Positions 9,499 to 18,343 of a stretch of 39,914 nt of DNA are shown piece after piece. The translations under genes and the position numbers were made by a program. Source of the stretch: Chitinispirillaceae bacterium. GTDB lineage: Bacteria; Fibrobacterota; Chitinivibrionia; Chitinivibrionales; Chitinispirillaceae. Each line of letters starts with the position of its first letter. The stretch's first letter is position 1. The stretch spans positions 1 to 39,914 of the forward strand of contig DAOTAZ010000001.1 in NCBI GenBank assembly GCA_035382965.1, given 5' to 3'. The notes under the pieces are model-generated. The model was not told the origin of the DNA. It worked only from the letters and a program-made list of their open reading frames with translations, and ran no database searches.

Positions 9499-12400
9499 TA
9501 TTTCTCCCTTGACATCGATTCTCTTTTCGCCCTAACAGTCTCTATCTGTTCTCTGACTCTTCTTATCTCTTCGTCAAGTTCGGTACTTCTGAGACGCAGT
9601 TTCTGAATCTCCATACGTTCCTTTTTAATCTCTGAACTCAGCGTAGTTTCCTTATCCTGATACTCTTTTATGGCCTTCATCAGTTCACCATGATTTTTAT
9701 ACTTGTAAACATAGTCGGGAAAAGATTTCTCTTCTTTCGACTCTTCCTTCTGTGCTCCCTGCAGTTCTGTTTTGCCTGTTTGTTTTTCAGGAACGGGTTT
9801 TTCTTTCTTTTCACCGGAAACGCTTCTTGCGGCCGCACGAGGCAACTTTACAGTAGATTTATACTTCTGAGTAGTATCGATCATCGCCGTAAAAACTATG
9901 GCAATCCCCTTATTCACAGAATCGGTGGCTGTTGCCTCCACACATATAACATTGTCACCGCCCTTTACAAGAGAACTGACTTCAGAAAGGCTGTCGATAC
10001 GCTGCAATCCTCCATCACCTGCCGAATCACTTATAGCAAGCGTTCCATTGATAAACAGGCGATATTTCACTCCTGCAGCAAGATACAACGCGGCTCTTTG
10101 CGGCATTCCGTTCAGGAAGACATTTTTCCAGAAGTAAACATTATTCCAGTCCTTATTTCCCCAGATCACCGGTACCTTCTCCTTCATACCGGGAATCGAA
10201 ACCTGTCCGGTCTTCAGAGCCTGAGACCAGCCATCCTGCGGCGGATCAAATCCATTCCACTTTTCCACACTGTCTGCCCTGGTTATCCACTCCACACCGC
10301 TCCGGAACACCTCTTTTTGGAAAAATGACGCTCCGTATTTTCCAGGACTCAGCCTGGCGAGGCTCTCAAGAATCTTTCCATGCCACCTGTTGTTCTGAAG
10401 TTTCCTTCCGCGAATGTTCTTCAGCGCGTCTTCGTATGCAAAGATGGCGTTGTCCTGAAGTTCAAAGACTATATCTTCAAGTTGAAACAGCAGATCTTCC
10501 CTTTCATCTTCACTCATCTTGTCTGAAACATTTCCGGCATTCTTTAAAATCTCAACTGAAAGGCTGTCATATCCGCTGCCCAGGAGATAATTGACATACA
10601 CATAATCGTCCTGACAATTTACTGTAGAAGTATCGCTGAGCTTAAGGGAATCGATCTGATCGAGCACGTATTCATAATACTTCACTGCATCAGCCTTAAG
10701 CGGTGCGAGAGTTTCAATAATCTGCTTCAGATACTGATAGTAATGCAGTGGTTTTCCCTTGATCTCCTTTGGTACAGGGGCATTCTGCATGGCAGCAATT
10801 GCTTTCAGCAGGTACTGCCCTGAGGTCCTGAAACTCTCAGTAAGTCTCCTGTTTGCCCTCTGCACCCACTGACGCTGGTCGGAACCGAGAGAATCGAAAT
10901 TTATCGAGATCTCAATAGCCTTTTTGTAGGGCACAAAGGATTTCTGTAAAAGCTGAGATGCTGCGGTATAAATCTCTTTTTCCAGAAGTGCACCCTTTAT
11001 GGGATCAATTTTGGGACGCTCCTGCTTCTCCCAGGCATCAGAAAGCTCCTCATAGAGCATCCCTACCCTGCATGCAGCCTCAAACATCCTCTCACTCTGG
11101 TAATGCAACACTCTTTGATATGCCTTTGCAGCCTCTGCAAGCAGATCAGATTTCTCTTTCAGTGAATTCTTTAGCTGGCTTTCAGGTAACTGAAATTTGA
11201 TCTGCAGAAACTGCTCCCTTTTCAGATTACCCAGATAATAAGCGGCTTCAGCCGCATAGAAATTGTTTGTCTCCAGTCCCTCCTGGGCAAAACGGACATT
11301 CTGCTGTTCAACCTGCTGGAATCCAAGAATTGCGTTTTCGATATCTTTCTGTTCATAGCTGCATTTTGCAATCATAAACAGAGCTTCGATTGCTTTTACA
11401 CTCCTGGGGAACCGTCTGACAAAATTTCTGTAAAGTGTGACAGCCTTTTCATACATGGCTGCTTTAGCATAAAATGCCGCCGATCTGAGCAGTATCGCCT
11501 CAACATCCTTTTCTTCGGGGTAAAGAGAAGAGTACCTCTCATTTACCTCGGCCATTTTGTCAAGTTTTCCCAGTTTTTCATAACAGAAACCCAGATTAAA
11601 CAGTGCATCTTTGGCTTTGTCAGATTCCGGGTAGTTTGCCACTATCATCTCGTAAGATTCAGCCGCTCTGTTGTATCTGTTTGCCTTCTCGTAGTCACTG
11701 GCCGCATTGAAAAGAGCTGCAGGAGCAAGCTTTGAATAAGGATACTTCTTCACCAGTTCGCCATAGCTGTTGCATGCATCTGCCCAGTTCTCATTCTTTT
11801 CAAACGCCTCTGCGGCGTTGAAAAGTACCGCGTCCCCATACTCGCTTCCGGGATACTTCTGCTCGATGGAAAGAAATGCTGCAGCAGCATTCTGGAAATT
11901 TCCCTCCGTAAACAGTTTCCTGGCATTGAGGAACTCGGCCTGAAGCAGAAGTTTATAGGATGTTTCCCGCTGAACCCTGTCACCGGATTCTTTCCAGACT
12001 CTCTGGAAAGCCTTGATTGCACCCGGCCAGTTTTCCTCTCCGAAATAGCACTGTCCTGAAAGCAGAAGCGCTTCATAGTATTGAGCGTTCTGAGGACCAA
12101 GTTTCAGGATACGGTCGTAAACCTCAATCGCTTTTGGGTAGATTTGTCTGTTGAAATAAACAGCCCCCATACTGAGGAGAACTTTACCAAGTGATAAGCC
12201 GTTTGGAAAAAGCTCAGCGTAATTGTTTACAGATTCCAACACTTTCAAACCGGCAAAATCAACACTTCCCTTCTGTACCAGAGAATCGGGCGGGAGAAGT
12301 GCCTGGGCGATTCCAATCGCGTTAAGGGCCGCCATTTCCCGTCTATAGGAGTCGATAGAGGTTTTTCTGCTGAAGTTTATATACTGATTGTATGCTCCGG

Positions 12401-15296
12401 GCTTATCCAGAAGTTTTGTATCCAGTATAACCGCCAGATTCCACTGAGCCTCTGCTGCATTTGGATGTTCAGGGTACAGTTCAACCAGTTTGCGGTAGTT
12501 CTCAGCCGCTTTTTCATAACCGGCACTGTTCCTGCTCTCTTCTGCTTCTCTGTAACTGGCATCAGCTACAAACAAGCCAATAGATATCGCCATGGAATCA
12601 ACTGTAGCTACAAGCTGGCTGTCTCTGGAACTAAAAGCTTTCTGCCATTCCCCTCCTTTACTGTATAAATCGTAGAACTGCTGTCTGATAAGATTCGCGG
12701 AATCAGGCGTTCCCTGGCTCTCGAAAAGTTTTATCAGATTCACATTGACCTCAGGGGCCAGACGGCAGAACGGGTATTCCTCAAGAAGCCTTTTGTAAAC
12801 ACTGATAGCAGCTTTAAAGTCCAGATCCTCTTCCCGAAGCTCCCCGATTCTCTTTAAAACCAGAGCCGAATAATCTGTATTTCCCACAAGCTTTAGAAAT
12901 TTAATAGCGTCTTCAACATTTCTCCCTTCATCAAAACTGATTGCGATATAATCGACAGCTTCACCTCTCAGAAGAGGGTTCACCACCTGCTTCTCCTCCA
13001 TTTTTGAGGGATCAAAGTCAAGATCTGCCTCCTCAATCAGGTATTTGAAAACCGCTATCGCCTCATCATAGTTGTCAAGCATGTAATAACACCATCCCAG
13101 ATGATACAGTGCCTGGATAAACTGTGGATGATCCCGGTAAAAAAGCACCTTCCGGAAAGCATCCATGGCCAGGTTATATCCCCTCCCGCTGTCAACTCTG
13201 GGGTGGTCAAAATAGTAACGCCCGATATTCATGTTGGCTTCAACGAAATACTCCCCTTCAGGATACTTCTGCACCAGTTCCTTGAGAGTAGCAATAGCCT
13301 CTTCCTCCATACCCTGTTTCTGCTGTGCCATTGCCTTGTAAAACATGGCATCATCTGTCATTTCACCTCTTGGATACAGAGTGATTATCCGGTCGTAAAG
13401 TTCAATGGTTTTTTCAAGCCTGTATTCAGGAAAAACAGCGCTGTCTCCCCCGCTTGCCATCTTCTTTTCATATTCTCTCAACGCAACCTCAAAGTCATCA
13501 TTAGCCTGATCATAATAAAGCTCAGCAAGCCTGAAAAGTATCTGAGGGTTATAACGGTTTCTCGGATACACCTCAATCATCGTTTCTATGTGACTGATTA
13601 ACCTTTCCCTGTCATCCTTTATCCCTGCTTCCAGCCGGCCGATATCCTGTTCATTAACCTGCTTGTCTCCCTGTTTTACAGCCTCTTCCCTGCCTGTGCC
13701 AGTACTTTTCCTAACCTTTGAAACCTCCTGGGCAAGCTTTTTCAACTCTTCTTTTTTGTCAAGATATTTCAGGAAAGCCCAGTCTACAAATCTCGCCTGC
13801 ATCTCCTCATCTGCTTTTCTGTCGAGGGAATCGTTTTCAAAGCAGTCCTCAAGAACCACATAGTATTCCTGTTCTGTGTCGGTCTTCTCCTGTTCAACTG
13901 CTTTAATGACTGCAGCAATACTGTCAATTACTTTTAATGTAGAACTGTCAGAGGGAGTATTTCTGAGTGACTGAGAGAGGATTTCAAGCTCCTTTGTCCC
14001 GGTCCGTAAAGAGTTTTCCAACCTTGCAATTCTCTCCTTCAATAGAACCAGATACCGCCTTTCAGCCAGATTTGGAACCTTCTTTCCATCACCCTTTTCA
14101 TCTGTTCTTAAAGGATCTATCTGATCGAGCAGCGCATCAAATTTTTTCTGAAGATTTTTTATCTTATCGATATTACCCCTAGCCAGTATCAGCGATTTTT
14201 CATCCTGGTTTTTAATGGCATCATATTCGATAATCTGCCAGTTTTTGGCCATATCTGTAAGCCTGTCAATCTCTTCAAATACTTCAAACTTCAACCTGGC
14301 ATCGAGTATCTGCCTGTGAATCAGGTTGCTTACCTGGCTGGCAGCTTTCTGATTGCCAAGTCCGGTGTAAGCCTGCTCGAGAATAGAGGCCATTTCGAAG
14401 TAATACGGACTGTTTTTATTGCCGCTGAGAAATCTTCGGGCAATATCACGCGCATCCTGATACTGCTTTATTTCCAGCAAGGATCTTGCAATTTTAACCA
14501 GAGATAACTGGTATCGTCTGGAGTCTCTGGAAATCGTACGGTAATAATCAAGTGCTGCTTTTGCATTTCCCTGTTGATAATAGATATCACCGATCAGAAT
14601 TGCAGCCTCAGAACTTAAATCCGGATTCTTCGACTTATGCCTGACCTCCTCAAGCACTACCTGAGCCTTCTGAAGCTGATTCTGCCTTATGTAGCAAAGC
14701 GCTGTGATAAATCCTGCATTCAATGCATGTCTGTAGTTTTTTGGTATCCTTGACAACAGGTCAAGTGATTCTTCGTAATTCTGATGTCTGTAATGGAGAA
14801 CCCCCGATATGTAAAGAGCAGCATTCAACAGAGGATGCTTGCTGTAAGTCTCCTGAAAAACTGTCAGTATACTGTCTGCGGTCTCGATTTCGCTGCTGCC
14901 TGCAGCATATTCCATCAGCCGGTATAAAGCCGGAGCGGCCTTATCATTTGACGGGAAATACTGAAGGACAAACCTGTACTGTTCCCTGGCTTTTTTGTGC
15001 ATCCCAAGCTGCCTGTAACATTCGGCAAGTGCAAGTGAAACCAGATCCAGTTGGCCGTCAGGAAGATTGAGATTTCTTATTTTCTCCAGCAGTTCAGAGG
15101 CATATCTGAACTGACCGGAGTTATATTTCTCAAGCGCATTCTGCATTTCAGCCGGAAGAACGATCTCAGAGGGATCCAAATAGAGGATCTCCTTTTCGAA
15201 TGCATTCTCAAGAATCCATTCCGGATCGTAATCGGAAGCGAATAAACCGCTTGCGATTGCAAACACTGTAATGATTATCAGTCTTATTTGCAGCAT
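9498..15296 (-). CDS. Giant secreted TPR-repeat protein (~1932 aa) with C-terminal beta-sandwich-like domain and coiled coil
   Basis: The ORF track gives 9498..15353. I prefer the internal ATG at 15296 because MLQIRLIIITVFAIASGLFA/SD is a clean Sec signal peptide and this start overlaps the upstream stop by 13 nt. There are many BamD/YbgF-style TPR units (YKRLLEEYPFCRLAPE, YRKLVELYPEHPNAAEAQWNLA, LVKKYPYSKLAPAALFNAA, IVANYPESDKAKDALFNLGFCY, FVRRFPRSVKAIEALFMIAKCSY). Confidence 0.85.
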   Translation of the reverse strand: MLQIRLIIITVFAIASGLFASDYDPEWILENAFEKEILYLDPSEIVLPAEMQNALEKYNSGQFRYASELLEKIRNLNLPDGQLDLVSLALAECYRQLGMHKKAREQYRFVLQYFPSNDKAAPALYRLMEYAAGSSEIETADSILTVFQETYSKHPLLNAALYISGVLHYRHQNYEESLDLLSRIPKNYRHALNAGFITALCYIRQNQLQKAQVVLEEVRHKSKNPDLSSEAAILIGDIYYQQGNAKAALDYYRTISRDSRRYQLSLVKIARSLLEIKQYQDARDIARRFLSGNKNSPYYFEMASILEQAYTGLGNQKAASQVSNLIHRQILDARLKFEVFEEIDRLTDMAKNWQIIEYDAIKNQDEKSLILARGNIDKIKNLQKKFDALLDQIDPLRTDEKGDGKKVPNLAERRYLVLLKERIARLENSLRTGTKELEILSQSLRNTPSDSSTLKVIDSIAAVIKAVEQEKTDTEQEYYVVLEDCFENDSLDRKADEEMQARFVDWAFLKYLDKKEELKKLAQEVSKVRKSTGTGREEAVKQGDKQVNEQDIGRLEAGIKDDRERLISHIETMIEVYPRNRYNPQILFRLAELYYDQANDDFEVALREYEKKMASGGDSAVFPEYRLEKTIELYDRIITLYPRGEMTDDAMFYKAMAQQKQGMEEEAIATLKELVQKYPEGEYFVEANMNIGRYYFDHPRVDSGRGYNLAMDAFRKVLFYRDHPQFIQALYHLGWCYYMLDNYDEAIAVFKYLIEEADLDFDPSKMEEKQVVNPLLRGEAVDYIAISFDEGRNVEDAIKFLKLVGNTDYSALVLKRIGELREEDLDFKAAISVYKRLLEEYPFCRLAPEVNVNLIKLFESQGTPDSANLIRQQFYDLYSKGGEWQKAFSSRDSQLVATVDSMAISIGLFVADASYREAEESRNSAGYEKAAENYRKLVELYPEHPNAAEAQWNLAVILDTKLLDKPGAYNQYINFSRKTSIDSYRREMAALNAIGIAQALLPPDSLVQKGSVDFAGLKVLESVNNYAELFPNGLSLGKVLLSMGAVYFNRQIYPKAIEVYDRILKLGPQNAQYYEALLLSGQCYFGEENWPGAIKAFQRVWKESGDRVQRETSYKLLLQAEFLNARKLFTEGNFQNAAAAFLSIEQKYPGSEYGDAVLFNAAEAFEKNENWADACNSYGELVKKYPYSKLAPAALFNAASDYEKANRYNRAAESYEMIVANYPESDKAKDALFNLGFCYEKLGKLDKMAEVNERYSSLYPEEKDVEAILLRSAAFYAKAAMYEKAVTLYRNFVRRFPRSVKAIEALFMIAKCSYEQKDIENAILGFQQVEQQNVRFAQEGLETNNFYAAEAAYYLGNLKREQFLQIKFQLPESQLKNSLKEKSDLLAEAAKAYQRVLHYQSERMFEAACRVGMLYEELSDAWEKQERPKIDPIKGALLEKEIYTAASQLLQKSFVPYKKAIEISINFDSLGSDQRQWVQRANRRLTESFRTSGQYLLKAIAAMQNAPVPKEIKGKPLHYYQYLKQIIETLAPLKADAVKYYEYVLDQIDSLKLSDTSTVNCQDDYVYVNYLLGSGYDSLSVEILKNAGNVSDKMSEDEREDLLFQLEDIVFELQDNAIFAYEDALKNIRGRKLQNNRWHGKILESLARLSPGKYGASFFQKEVFRSGVEWITRADSVEKWNGFDPPQDGWSQALKTGQVSIPGMKEKVPVIWGNKDWNNVYFWKNVFLNGMPQRAALYLAAGVKYRLFINGTLAISDSAGDGGLQRIDSLSEVSSLVKGGDNVICVEATATDSVNKGIAIVFTAMIDTTQKYKSTVKLPRAAARSVSGEKKEKPVPEKQTGKTELQGAQKEESKEEKSFPDYVYKYKNHGELMKAIKEYQDKETTLSSEIKKERMEIQKLRLRSTELDEEIRRVREQIETVRAKRESMSREK

Positions 15297-18200
15297 CGAA
15301 AACCCGTCTCGTCTGATCTCGATCCCACTGTGCCTGATGACCGGGATTTGCATTGAGCGTCAATTCCATACCTGAATGAGCCGCCCATCATCTGTGGATA
15401 ACCGTCATCTCTGTCTTCCACCCATTCCCATACATTGCCAATCATGTCATTAATGCCGAATTGATTGCATTGCCTGAAATGCCCTGAGTTCCAGACCCTC
15501 TTGCCTTCTGTGGGGCATTTTCCTGGATCATACACCTGGCCGTAAGGATACATCCGCTCCTGAGCCCCCTGACATGCATCCATCCACTCCCGTGATGTAC
15601 AAAGCCTCTTTCCTGCATCTATACAACTCATCTTTGCTTCGACCCAGGAGACATTGGTCAGAGGCTCTCTTCCCTTTATGTTTGGATATTCATATCTGTC
15701 GATGCAAAAGTTCTTCCCATCGCTTCCTGTTATGGAAACCATATCCTGAGGACACCTCTCACGGATATTGACTGTACGCGAAAAAGATGCAACCCTTTTG
15801 TTTTCATCCATTACTTCCAGAACCACTTTGCGCTTTCCGGGATTTTCACAATTGAAAGCAGTTTTTCTGATCCCGGAGAATTCTGTATCGAATTTCCCAT
15901 CACCGTCAAAATCCCATCTGAAAAGAAGCTTCTCAGGGGGACTCTCTTTGTCTATTGTCAACGATGCGTCAAGATACGCAGTGGTTCCGGTGAAAAGCGT
16001 TTCTGGTTCTAAGGTGAACATAGGTGACGGGGGCAGGTCTATTCTGTAAATGAAAGTGTCCACTTCCCCCTTGAATCCCGAGGCATCGACTACAAACGCC
16101 AGGATAGTGTCAGATTCCATCAGAGTCAATGGTTTCTGGAACACAGGAGACTTGATTGTAGGAGTTTTACCATGGCGCTCGAAATAGATTGTGGACTGAT
16201 CAAATGCATTCAGCGTTACAGACAGTATTCTGTCGTAGAGACGTTCAGGACCTGCCGGAACATTGGGTACAGCCCTGGGACTGAAGATATCCATAATAGA
16301 GACGGCACTCTGGTTTCCGGCAGCATCCTCAGCATAAAAAGCAAATCTCAGGTCATTCCTTCGATGGAATATCAACCTGTCACTTGATTTTAAGAACTTA
16401 TTGCCGGCCGTTCTGGCAGTCTGGCTTGCCATCGGATTCGTCCCATCGACAGTGTAATAAATGGTGGCGTTTTCACTGCACTGGAGAAATACAATTACAG
16501 AATCGTTGAGACCTTTTTTCAGGTTGACATTGACACGCGGAGGAGTCCAGTCCAGCACATACTCATTTCTCTTCACAGGGCTTCTGACCCCCTCCTCCGA
16601 TTCAAGATAGTATTCGAAACTGTGGTGTCCCTCCCTGCTCAGCACAATTTCTTTTCCGGAACTCTTGAAAACCGTATCCGGAAGGATACGCCAGTAAACA
16701 GTGCCGGCAGTATTGGTGGAGAATGTGATCCTCAACTTCTGGTTGTAAACGCCCCCATCCGGAGAAGCAGAAATCATGGGGTTTTTAAGCTCGTTCATGA
16801 TCCCGACAGAACCGGCATTTCCTGCTGAATCAACAGCCAGATATTTAAGTACCTGCCCGCTTGTCATGCTTATCGGTGATGAGTATACAGGAGATGATTT
16901 GGTGGGATCGGCACCGCCGATCTGATAGTAAATGGTTGCGGGTTCGTTTGCAGAAAGACTTACCCTGAATGATCCCTCCTCTATGCTGCCCTCAATCTGG
17001 ATTCTGACAACAGGAGGACGTGTATCGATATAGTAATCGGCAGCAAATTCTTCAGAAACATTCCCTGCCTCATCTATTCCAATGTAGCGCAGAACTGTAT
17101 GCCCCTCTTTTGAGATTACCACTCCATTGCTTGTGTAAAGCATTGAATTCTCAGATACAGGTGTATTGTCGAGAGTATACAGTATCTTTGCTTCTTCATT
17201 GGTGGTGAGATATACGGTCTGTGCACTGTTGAAACGGCCCCCAGGATTGGAAATCTGAATCTTCGGCGCCATCAGATCATAGGTATGGCTCCATTGCGAT
17301 ATTTCCGACACACTCCCCGCTTCGTCCCAGGCACGTGCCCTGATCGTAACTTTTCCCCGGTGCTTAAGAACTATCGGCGAGGAATAAACCTCACTTTTAA
17401 TATCCGGATCACCCCTGTTGCGGGTAAAGCGAATCACCGATTTCTCTCTGGATGTCATGAAAAGCGTATCGGTATTGTGCCCCTGTGCCACTCGAAAGTG
17501 AAGCTTCGGCGGGATAGTATCGATTGCATACTGATTCTGGTAGACAGCAGTCTCGGTTCCAAGAGAACTCTTCCCGTAATACCTTAAAATAGAAAGGCCG
17601 TGGGGCAGAGAAATTGGCTCTTCAAACTTTTTAAACCATTTAGGAGGTGCCAGTGGATCCAAGGTGTAGTACACAGAAGCGCCAGGAGGGAAATCGAAGG
17701 AAACCTCAACAATTCTGTTGTACACACCTCCCCGGGGATTTACCACAATATCAATAGATGATGTGTCGACTGTGTACCTGAGAAATCCAGAAATCGTCCT
17801 GTTTCCCGAACTGTCAACAGCAACCAGATAACCCTCAAAACTGCTTTTCACTGTAAAGGAATCCGGGAAAAGAATTGGTGTACTGTCCTTTTCCGATTTC
17901 TGGTAAAAGAACCTGCACGGCTCGTTACTGCTGATCTTTACTTTAACAGGGCCGGGATAGTTTCCAGGCTGAGGATCAATACTCAGTGATGGTGCCCTGG
18001 AATCAAGGACAAAGATGGCGGAATCAAGCTTTGACCTGTTGCCAAAATCATCTTCACCGTAAAAGTATACACTGTATGTTCCATCTTCCGTTATTGCAAC
18101 AGGCCTCAAATACTGCTTCATTTCATCCGGACCGTTTTGAGAGATCCAAAGTGTGGCGCTCTCATTTGAGGTAAGCGTTATATAGAAGACCGAAGAATGC

Positions 18201-18343
18201 CACTTCTGCTGAGGCTCAATCTTTATCACAGGGGCTATTGTATCAAGCCATAACGGAACAGCATCTTCCTTTGCATACGATGGATGCGGAAGAAGAAACA
18301 GAACGGTTCCTGTGATAAGGGATATAAATTTACTTACGGGCAC
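15284..18343 (-). CDS. Secreted protein with tandem Ig-like (chitobiase C-terminal-like) repeats, a PKD domain and a C-terminal FGE-sulfatase (SUMF1)-like domain
   Basis: 1019 aa with a GTG start and signal peptide MPVSKFISLITGTVLFLLPHPSYA/KE. Repeats of ~80 aa recur with the Y-Y/T-x-D/G...P...S..Y..PI pattern (VYYTLDPLAPP, ILYTLDNTPVS, IYYQIGGADPTKSSPVYSSPISM, IYYTVDGTNPMAS, IYFERHGKTPTIKSPVFQKPLTL). The PKD signature is FRWDFDGDGKFD. The FGE-family signature is IGNVWEWVED...GGSF...ETGFRCCK. Confidence 0.85.
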   Translation of the reverse strand: MPVSKFISLITGTVLFLLPHPSYAKEDAVPLWLDTIAPVIKIEPQQKWHSSVFYITLTSNESATLWISQNGPDEMKQYLRPVAITEDGTYSVYFYGEDDFGNRSKLDSAIFVLDSRAPSLSIDPQPGNYPGPVKVKISSNEPCRFFYQKSEKDSTPILFPDSFTVKSSFEGYLVAVDSSGNRTISGFLRYTVDTSSIDIVVNPRGGVYNRIVEVSFDFPPGASVYYTLDPLAPPKWFKKFEEPISLPHGLSILRYYGKSSLGTETAVYQNQYAIDTIPPKLHFRVAQGHNTDTLFMTSREKSVIRFTRNRGDPDIKSEVYSSPIVLKHRGKVTIRARAWDEAGSVSEISQWSHTYDLMAPKIQISNPGGRFNSAQTVYLTTNEEAKILYTLDNTPVSENSMLYTSNGVVISKEGHTVLRYIGIDEAGNVSEEFAADYYIDTRPPVVRIQIEGSIEEGSFRVSLSANEPATIYYQIGGADPTKSSPVYSSPISMTSGQVLKYLAVDSAGNAGSVGIMNELKNPMISASPDGGVYNQKLRITFSTNTAGTVYWRILPDTVFKSSGKEIVLSREGHHSFEYYLESEEGVRSPVKRNEYVLDWTPPRVNVNLKKGLNDSVIVFLQCSENATIYYTVDGTNPMASQTARTAGNKFLKSSDRLIFHRRNDLRFAFYAEDAAGNQSAVSIMDIFSPRAVPNVPAGPERLYDRILSVTLNAFDQSTIYFERHGKTPTIKSPVFQKPLTLMESDTILAFVVDASGFKGEVDTFIYRIDLPPSPMFTLEPETLFTGTTAYLDASLTIDKESPPEKLLFRWDFDGDGKFDTEFSGIRKTAFNCENPGKRKVVLEVMDENKRVASFSRTVNIRERCPQDMVSITGSDGKNFCIDRYEYPNIKGREPLTNVSWVEAKMSCIDAGKRLCTSREWMDACQGAQERMYPYGQVYDPGKCPTEGKRVWNSGHFRQCNQFGINDMIGNVWEWVEDRDDGYPQMMGGSFRYGIDAQCKSRSSGTVGSRSDETGFRCCK

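Noticed and set aside
15297-15353. N-terminal 19-codon extension of the giant TPR ORF (track start 15353)
   Set aside because: The extension (MQIPVIRHSGIEIRRDGFS) would bury the signal peptide and create a 70-nt overlap. The ATG at 15296 gives a canonical signal peptide and a 13-nt overlap.
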